From NCBI GenBank assembly GCA_964016885.1, contig OZ024742.1, forward strand, positions 124,682,001-124,746,000: DNA of 64,000 bases, written 5' to 3'. Below are positions 55,156 through 64,000 of this stretch, one piece after another (the stretch's first letter is position 1; each line of letters opens with the position of its first letter). Under the pieces are notes generated by a model. It worked only from the letters and a program-made list of their open reading frames with translations, was not told the DNA's origin and made no database searches. The position numbers were made by a program, and so were the translations under genes. The DNA is from Eledone cirrhosa (Eukaryota).

Positions 55156-56572
55156 TGCCTCTCTAGTAACATTGTCTACAAATGTGAGGTTGTAACACCC
55201 ACGTCCCGTAGGGCCTACATAGGCTTAACCGCCAATAGATTCAAGCAGCGTCTTTACATGCATACCCATTATTTTCGTTACCCTCTAAGGAGGAATATGA
55301 CGTCACTTTCAGCTTATATCTGGAGTCTAAAAGACAACCACACCCAATATAAGTTACACTGGGAGATCCTAGCTAGGGCTAGATCGTATAACGGAAATAA
55401 AAGACCATGTGACCTTTGCGCCGCTGAGGCCCTGGAAATACTCTACGCCACAGACCACATCTTAAACTAAAAATCTGAGGCAATTACGGCTTGTAAACAT
55501 AAATTGCACAAAACTTTCCTGTATTACAGCCCCACGTTATACCCTAACGGATAGTACGATCTATACGTGGATATTTTACGTCTTGGTGTGGGAGCTAAGT
55601 ATATGTTTTATTTATACCATTACTTATTTGCATAGGTAAGTATATATCACCCGTATGTTTTGTGAAGGTACGTATACCTTCTCGTACGTATATTTGTTTA
55701 TTTATGTTATGGCGTATAATTTTATATGTTCTGGTACATATGGTTTGGCTATGTGTAGACGGGAGTTTCGCGTCTGTGTGAGTATGCAGGTTCGTACGTA
55801 TGTAGGGTGTGTGTATATGTGTACTTCATGTTTTGGTTGACATATGTCTCCGAACATTCGTGTATTTACATGTAGGTATGTGTGTGCGCTTGTTATATAC
55901 GTATTTATTTATTTATATACGTTTATATATTTATTTATTTATTTGTATACACGCATACACAAACACACATATTTATATGTGCATGGTTTTGTATATCTAT
56001 GGTAAGTGTTTTGCGTATGCTTGTGTATGTACGTATTTGTTTGCGTGTATGTTTTTATTTATTTCTATTACTTCTGTATTGTATTTATTTACTTTGTTTT
56101 TAACTTTGTAGCGGAGATTCATTCGGTCTCCTAGTTAGAATTTTAGTCTACAACTTCTGCTATACCATTTACGTGGTTTTGTATTTGCGTGCTATTGTTC
56201 TCCACGCTCCACTTATGACGTATTATCTTCGTAATTTTTTTTCGCTCATTCCCAGAGAACGTCTCTATGCACCGCCTAAGAGAACATTAGTCTACGACCT
56301 CTTTTATACCATCAACGTGGTTCTGTCTTTGCGCCTTTGCGCGTAATTGTTTTTCACCGCTCCTATTAATGACGTATTATATTCGTTTTTTTCCGTTCTT
56401 TGCCAGCGAACGTTTCCACGAACCAAAGTATCGTCTTCCTGTCTTCCTCCGGTTGCAACGTTTTTTTAAATATCCACTTCTGCGTTTACAGATTGACTTT
56501 GTTAGTTTCAGAAGATCCCGTTAAGGGTGAAAGCAGCGATTCTTTGCTTAAACTTTAATCTGTTATTTTAAT
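55156..56572 (+). mobile_element. 5'-truncated Hydra-like PLE (GIY-YIG + 3' region), same family as 26369-27870
   Basis: CLSSNIVYKCEV..RAYIGLTANRFKQRLYMH..LSAYIWSLK..CDLCAAE; both ends in (TA)n. Confidence 0.9.
56504..56554 (+). ncRNA. Variant type I hammerhead with CAGAAGA core; further copies at 27871-27924 (+) and 26392-26443 (-)
   Basis: AGTTT-CAGAAGA-tCCC-gttaa-GGGt-GAA-AGCA-loop-TGCT-T-AAACT. Confidence 0.7.
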
Positions 56573-56967
56573 ATATATATTACTCACTCCCTCTCTAACA
56601 ATGTGTATATATGTATGTTTATGTGAGAAATTATATATATTTGTGATGTTCACTTCCAGCTATGTTACCCATTGGAAATTAAAATGTTCGGGCTTCATTG
56701 CAATGCTCGAAGGAAAATACGAACAACTGTCTTCGTGACCAAGTTTCTATTAATGAACACAATTGTAAAATTACACAAATCTATCAGTATCCTGAATTTA
56801 GTTGGCATTTGATTATGATATTTATTGACCTTGAGCATTTGATGTGGATTTGGGTAACCATGACATTCTAAGACCAAGCAAACAAATAGAAGGACTTGAA
56901 AGATGAAATATAAGTATGCATTGGAAGGAAATGAAATCATAATTTGAATAAAATTGTCTAGCTATAC

Positions 56968-57121
<154 letters not shown>

Positions 57122-57540
57122 TGTGTGTGTGTGTGTTGATATATATATATATAGCTTGTGTATTACTAGAAATGATATATTCCATTTCCCCATCTCCCAT
57201 TCCTCTTTCATTCTCCTTCATTCACTTCAAAAATTCCTTGAAGGATACATACTGATATTTCTCTCCAGTCTTCAAGGTAAATATAATCCTATTCTGGGAA
57301 AATTATAGGATTTCTCCGATATATTTATATTTATTTTTTGTTATTTCTTCTTTCAAACTATTTGTGTTTATATTCTAAACAAATCGTTGGAACACTGATT
57401 ATCAAAACATTTATGGATAATACATTCTTCATCTAAAAACAAAGACACTCTATCAAGATGTTTTATGTAACAATGCACATGTAATAACGTGAAATAGACA
57501 AATCGAATAATATTTTGAATTCTTCTTGCTATAATAATAA

Positions 57541-57950
57541 TAATTGTTTCTACTTTTCGCAAAACGCCAGAAATTATCCGGTGCATTACTGGTACTTTAT
57601 TTTATCGACCCCGTTAGGATGAAAGTCAAAGTTAGGCTCGGCGGGATTTGAACTCAGATTATAAAGGGCTGTAAATCTATGCTGCAAAACATGGCATCCG
57701 ACCCTCTACCAATACTGCCAACCTACATAATAATGATAAGGGTTTTTTATATATGCTCAAGGCCAACAATTTTGGGGGGAGGGGAAATTCGATTAAATCG
57801 ACACTAGTGCTTTACTGGTGCTTTATTTTATCGACTCCGTAAGGATGAAAGGCAAAGATATTCTCGGCGGAATTTTAACCCAGATCAAAAAGGGGAGTAA
57901 CTCTATGCTGCAAAGCATGTTCTCCGACGCTCTACCTATACTGCCAATCC
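57541..57950 (-). mobile_element. Two adjacent SINE copies (about 57541-57725 and 57740-57950)
   Basis: Both contain the TTTATCGAC.CCG..AGGATGAAAG core and the reversed tRNA-like head. Confidence 0.85.
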
Positions 57951-58387
57951 ATAATAACAATAATAATAACAACAATAATAATAATAATAATATTAATAAT
58001 AATAATAAGAAGAAGAAGAAGAAGAAAACGCACATGGTGGATATATAACGTTATGGAATCGCTCCCGTAAGTTTTTGATTTTTACTTATTTAAAACAACT
58101 GTGATAGAATAATTATTATTACAAATGAAATATAAGATTACAGTGTTGGCCTTCAGCAGCCAACAACGCATCACATTACGGCATAGGGCCCCGATTTTTA
58201 ATATTTAATTTTGGATCAGAAATGTCATAGTCGAAAAAGAGAAAATGGCTAAGTGGACAGATAGGCAAATAATTTCACCACCAACACGACCACCGCCACC
58301 ATCACCACTACCACGCCAACAACTCTAGTCAAGTTACCTCAACTTCTATTTCAACTTCAACACCATCACTACAGTACTACGATCAGA

Positions 58388-58529
58388 TCACCACCACCAC
58401 TGCCTCATTATCGCTACCGCCGCTATTCTCTCCCACTACCTCCTGCTAAGTACTACTAGCTCATCACCACCACCACCACTGCCTCATTATCGCTACCGCC
58501 GCTATTCTCTCCCACTACTTCCTGCTAAG
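58388..58529. repeat. Tandem duplication of about 62 bp
   Basis: CACCACCACCACTGCCTCATTATCGCTACCGCCGCTATTCTCTCCCACTAC.TCCTGCTAAG occurs twice. Confidence 0.9.
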
Positions 58530-58799
58530 ACAGGCATCATAGTACTCCCACTAAATGAGGAAGGCATCAAAAGATATAAATAGACTGATTTGATGACCCG
58601 GTCAAAAAATCAAAAGACCAAAAATCAAAATCAAAACAGCACATCAGCAACTAAAAACGTAAAGAAAAGAAAAAAGAAAAGAAAAACAAACAGACAGACA
58701 GACAAGCAAAAAAAACTAAGTCAGACATTCAAACATTACATTACAATGCAACTTATGCTTATTTTTTTTTTTTTACCTATTTCTTTGTTTGTTTATTTA

Positions 58800-61700
58800 T
58801 GTTCGTCTACAGCCTGATAGTGCCACGCTAAAATCACCGATGGTGATTTTACCCACACATTCACCAATCCTCGATAAGAGTGTTTCAATGTCGAACCTAA
58901 ACAGTTCGAATAACGGTGAAGTGGAGACTGGAATGTCATGTGATAGAATCTGACCCAGCAGGTGCTCCCTGGCTCAGCAGCAGGACCTGGCTGTCCACCA
59001 AATACTGCTGGTGTAGGAGGAAGAAGAAGGAAAGAGACCAGAACCAACTGGACGAAAGAATTGAATAGAACTGTTATGCAATGTTACCTGAAGAGTAACC
59101 CCAAGGAAAAGGGCTATATGAAACGGATGCCTAACATCTGGAACGAGATTGGTCTATTTAAATTAGATGAACAAAAATTGGCAGGGCAGGCTCGGGTAAT
59201 AAGAACTAATGAATGGATAAGCGAGCTGGAACTGGAGGAACTGAGCAGAGAGATTAGGTGGGAAATGGAGAGTGGAGTATGCCACGCAAATGAGCCAGTG
59301 GGAAATGAAGGTAAAGAGGTTAAGAGAACGGAGGAACCATCCGAAGCAGACAATGTTCTGAATGCTGAAATAAATAATACCTGGAACAAAAAAACGGCCA
59401 TTGAGGAGTGGAATGATGACGGGCTAGTACAAGATTTGGTTGATATCCTAAACTTACTGGTAGATGAAATGAACAATGATAGTGGGAAACCTATGAACCT
59501 AAGATTTGTAGACTGGAAAAAGTTAAAAGAAACAGCAGCTAAGATAAACAACGTCATCCCATACCTTGAGACGAGGAGCCCTAACCAGTGCAACAATATC
59601 CTCAAAGCAACAGCAAATGCGGTGAGGAAATTACTTGGCATAAAAGCGAGAGGAAACAACAAACAAGAAAGATCAGAACCTTGGTGGAAGAAGCGACTGA
59701 ATGGTCAAATCAGGGAAATGAGAAATGACATTGGAAAGCTTGAGTCACTACTGAATGGGACACTAAAAAACATAGACACAAAAAATAGACTGGAAATAAA
59801 GGACAAAGCTAGGAGGAAAAGGCTAAATATTATCATAGAGGAACTGAAGCAACGCATTGTAGCAAAGAGTGCAAGAATTAGGCGATACGAGAGCAGAGTC
59901 AGTCAGTATAGACAGAACCGCATGTTTGACAACAACCAGAAGATGTTGTTTGGACAGCTTGAAGGGAAAGAAAGAGACAACGATTTGATCCCTGAGGCGG
60001 AACAAACTAAGACATTCTGGAGAGTAATATGGGAGCAGGATGTCAAACATAATGACCAGGCAGTGTGGATTGAGACAGTACAAAAGGAGATTAGTGAACA
60101 GGCACACCAACAAACTGATTTGAGTATCACAGTTGAAACTCTCAAGCGGCAGGCCAAAAAACTAACCAACTGGAAATCACCAGGCACAGATGGTGTGCAG
60201 GGGTATTGGATTAAAAATATAATATCTCTCCACCCGAAACTGACAACCATGTTCAATGACTGCTTGATGTCAGGTGAGGTACCAGAGTGGTTGACAAAAG
60301 GTACTACAGTTCTGGTAATGAAAGACCGAATCAAGGGTAATGATGTTACCAACAATAGACCTATCACATGTCTGTCCGTAATGTGGAAACTGTTGACAAA
60401 CATTATATCTGAGGAAATCTACCATCACCTCCACACAAACAACTTGTTACCGGAAGAACAGAAAGGATACCGAAAGAAGTCCCGTGGTACAAAGGACCAG
60501 TTACTTATTGATAAGATGGTAATGAGAAATTGCAAGAGGAGACACACTGGTCTTGCCATGGGATGGATTGACTACAAAAAGGCATTTGACATGGTGCCTA
60601 ATTCTTGGATCACCAAAAGCCTAGAGATCTTCAAGGTAGCAGATAACATCAGACAGTTGTTGAGCAAAAGTATGAAGTCCTGGAAAACAGAGTTAACATC
60701 AGCTGAAGTATCCTTGGGAGGCGTTAAGATCAAGAGAGGTATCTTCCAGGGAGATAGTCTGTCCCTCTGTTGTTTGTCCTTGCCCTGATGCCCCTGACTG
60801 CGAAAATTGATACTGCGAAAATTGAGAGCAGGATACAAGTTGGGAAAGGGAGAGCTTGCCATCAATCACCTCCTCTTCATGGACGATCTTAAGCTCCTCT
60901 GGAAGAGTGAGAAGGAGTTGGATGTGCTTGTTGATACTGTGCGTATTTTCAGCAATGATATATGTATGCAATTTGGTATTAGTAAGTGTGAAGTCTTTGA
61001 TGAAGATGGGTAAATTGAGCAGAAGCAACGGAATCCAGGTGCCAACAGGTGAGATGATAAAGAAAATTGACACTGAAGAAGGATACAAGTATTTGGGCGT
61101 TCTGGAGGCTATTGACATCAAGAACAAAAAAATGAATTGATAAGATCTGAATACATTCGGAGAGTAAGGAGCGTATTAAAGTCACATCTGAACAGTAGGA
61201 AAGCCATAAGTGCAGTAAATTCCCGAGCTGTGTCTATTATTAGGTACAGTGCGGGAATTCTGAGATGGAATGGTGCTGAACAAAAAGAAATGGATAGGCA
61301 GACTAGGGAGCTATTGACTATCTACAACATGTTCCACAAGAGGAGTGATGTCGATAGAGTCTACTTAAGGAGAGCTGAAAGTGGAAGAGGTATTATCAGC
61401 ATAGAGGACTGTGTTCAGATGGAGAAAAACAACCTACACAAATACGTGACCGATTGTAAGGAGCCAATGCTCAGAATTGTGCTGAAGGAGAGGACAATAG
61501 ACCAGGGGATGTCCAAGGAGGAAATAACAACGAGGAGAAAGAGCAACCTTCATTAAAAATCCCTTCATAGTACCTTCTTTGAGAAAACGGAATTCAGAGA
61601 TCCACAGACATGGAACTGGTTGAGAAGAGGAGACTTTAAAAAGGCTACAGAAGGAATGCTAATGGCTGCGCAAGAGCAGGCCCTCAAAACGAAGTGACTG

Positions 61701-62378
61701 AAACACCTTATTTAGAAGGAGGAGGCTAACCCACTGTGCAGGATCTGTGGAGAGAGAGAGAGGAGACTGTGGCTCACATTGTGTCCGAGTGTAAAGACCT
61801 AGCCCAGACTCACTATAAAGGCTTGAGACATGATGTGATGGGCAGGGTGATCCACTGCTGCACCTATGCAAAGTAAGCAATTTACCCCATTTTGACAACT
61901 GGTGTTAGCATAAGCCCGAGTCGGTGATAGAAAACGATCAGGTGAAGGTGCTGTGGGATTTTAGGATACAGACGGACAAGAAACTGGAACACAATAGACC
62001 TGACCTAGTGGTTTTGGACAAGGAAAAAAGATCGTGTCTGATTGTGGATGTGGCCTGCCCATTCGACACGAGAGTGCAAGAGAAGGAGAGGGAGAAAATT
62101 AACCGATACCAGGACTTAAAGTGGGAGGTAAAAAGGATTTGGAACTGCCATGAATTCAAAGATTGTCATAGGCGCACTAGGTACTATCTCAAAATGTTTC
62201 CAGGGATGGTTAAAGAAAATTGGCCCCGCCCCGCTTTTTGGAATACTTCAAAAGGCATGCTTGCTGGGAACAGCAACAACTCTCCGATATGTCCTGAATA
62301 TCTGAGGCTGCATGTAGTGGCTTGATATTCATTTCAACAAACTTTCCAGTTAACTAACATCAATGACTGAGACTTAAA
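58800..62378 (+). mobile_element. R4/Dong-like non-LTR retrotransposon (single ORF: RT, CCHC, restriction-like endonuclease), near full length, frameshifted
   Basis: WKSPGTDG; RPITCL; EQKG; WIDYKKAFD; GIFQGDSLS; HLLFMDDLKL; YKYLG; CRIC..ETVAHIVSEC; RHD; NRPDLVV..IVDVACP..EK (PD-(D/E)xK). Stop at 62305; the 3' end runs into (TAA)n. The 5' boundary is approximate. Confidence 0.92.
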
Positions 62379-62418
62379 GAATAATAATAATAATAATAAT
62401 AAAAATGATAATAATAAT

Positions 62419-64000
62419 GTTTTCTTTATTAACCACAAGGGTTTACATAAAGTAGACATTAAGGACAGTACAGGACAATACAGGACGGTACAAATGGGCA
62501 TTTCTGCGCGTAAAAAAAACAGAGGTTGAAATAAAATAACAAAGAAAAATTCCCCAATAGGGGGGAGACTTCCGAGGGACATTTGTGGAGAAAGCCGATT
62601 AAAAGACCACAGTGGCCCTGACCACCATGGCAAGTGCCCTCTCCCAGTTTTCCACCTTTAATTTACAGACACATACTCAGAGAAGGCCCATTCATTCGGG
62701 CCATACTTGCTTCTCTCACCCATCTTTCAACAAAATGCTGGGAAGAGAGCACTTCCCTCTCTACCCTGATTTTCCTTTTCAAATGAAATTTGAAAAAGTT
62801 AATCAGGGCATCACCGAAGAGGTAAGTGCTCGTCTTCAGCCCTTTCAAACGTGTCCACCATACTATCTCTTTCGCCATGGCCACCAGACAGATAAAAACT
62901 ACCAGCCCTTCCCGGCTAAAGGAAGGGGGCGGCGCAATCCTCACGATGGACTCAGCTGATAGCTGGATCCGTCCTACACGTGACAGCAGGTGTTCGACAT
63001 AAACCCACAAGTCAGCAATGCTCGGACACTGGACGAGTGCGTACAGGACGGTTTCGTCGCCCTGCGCGCATCTCGGACATGCCCGGCTGACGGCACCTCC
63101 ATGCCTGTAGAGTTTATCCCGAACTGGCAAAGCTCCTCGGTAGCACTGCCAGGCCAGGGATTTCTGGAAGTTGTCCATAGGCCCCGGCCCGAAAGTCCTT
63201 CCGAAAAGATTGGCTAGTTGATTTTCGTCGACGCCTAGAGTTTCTCCAAGTACGTCGTCGCTCTTCCCCTCCACTAATCCCCTATAGAACGCCAAGGTGG
63301 AGTTTCCACCGATCACATTGCCCGATTGGTCGAGGGCTGTGAGCGCCTGAAGACATTCCAGTCTCCAAGCGCTCCCTCTCGGTCTACGCTTGACCCAGGA
63401 CTGCAGCTCCGTCAAGGAGACGAGCTGGGGAAAAACGTGTCTAGCAAACGGCGACCACACCTGATCACCGTCGAGGAAGAGGTGGAGATGTCGTAGCCTG
63501 AGCGCGTGTCTGCGCATCGTCAGCCACGGCATGCCCAGCCCTCCACGTAGCGGGTGTTGACAGCAGATGGACCGCCTGACAATCGGAGAGCGTCCATTCT
63601 ACAAGAAGCGAAAGAGCAAACGCTCCAGCGCAGTCAGGCGGGGCTTAGGACAAGGTACGACGGTCAGGCGGTAGTAGATGACGGATGCGATGTACGCATT
63701 CGCCACCTCCGCTCGACCTTTCAGGGATAGCTTCCTCTCGGCCCATTTTTGGGTGAGAGAAGCCACCCTGAACGTCACCTCGTCCCAGTTTTTGTCCGTC
63801 TGGAGGTCTGGACCGAACCAGAACCCTAGCAATTTAACCGGTCCGTCCGTCCAGCGCCCGACAACGCTGTTGGACGGCATGGACCTGCCTCTCCAGGTGC
63901 CGAGCTGCAGGCCCACTGACATTTCCTGGTTGATCATTGCTCCTGTCACCGCTTCGTATTCTCTTAGTGTAGTGCCGATCGCCTCGATGTGTTTGGCGTT
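62419..64000 (-). mobile_element. L1/Tx1-like LINE, 3' part of ORF2 plus 3' UTR (continues beyond the window)
   Basis: LLGFWFG; WAERKLSLKGRAEVAN; GGLGMP; zf-RVT-like LPVRDKL..CPRC...ETVLYALVQC; stop at 62663; AATAAA at 62425-62430 (minus strand). Confidence 0.9.

Noticed and set aside
56695-56940. Signal-peptide-like minus-strand ORF (VLLFVCLVLECHG-YP) as a host exon
   Set aside because: Weak splice donor, and the opposite strand reads IFIDL..AFD..NHDIL, better explained as a decayed LINE RT.
59114-60403. Long antisense ORFs within the Dong-like element
   Set aside because: Shadow frames of the sense ORF with no motifs.

Overview
AT-rich, microsatellite-laden eukaryotic intergenic or intronic DNA. 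The SINE family and repeat content suggest a mollusc, probably an octopod cephalopod (inference). I found no convincing host gene. The window is a nest of transposable elements: (1) a disrupted Helitron (1440-8199) with Rep HUH/Y2 and PIF1 helicase motifs, 23-aa STPR-like repeats and a composite 3' end; (2) about ten Penelope-like retroelements or fragments (RT plus C-terminal GIY-YIG; Hydra-, Neptune- and probably Nematis-like types) inserted in (TA)n tracts, often with inverted terminal copies; (3) more than a dozen hammerhead-ribozyme (HHR) motifs at their termini; (4) a tRNA-derived Meta/MESC-type SINE in about 8 copies; (5) a decayed mariner; (6) an R4/Dong-like RLE retrotransposon meeting an L1/Tx1-like element tail-to-tail in one (TAA)n tract. 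The most interesting signals are a three-copy type I hammerhead with a non-canonical CAGAAGA core, a 106-bp branched palindrome that looks like a fold-back at an HHR stem, and a 7-kb nested inverted-repeat block. All calls come from reading motifs by eye; element boundaries without a clear terminus are approximate.
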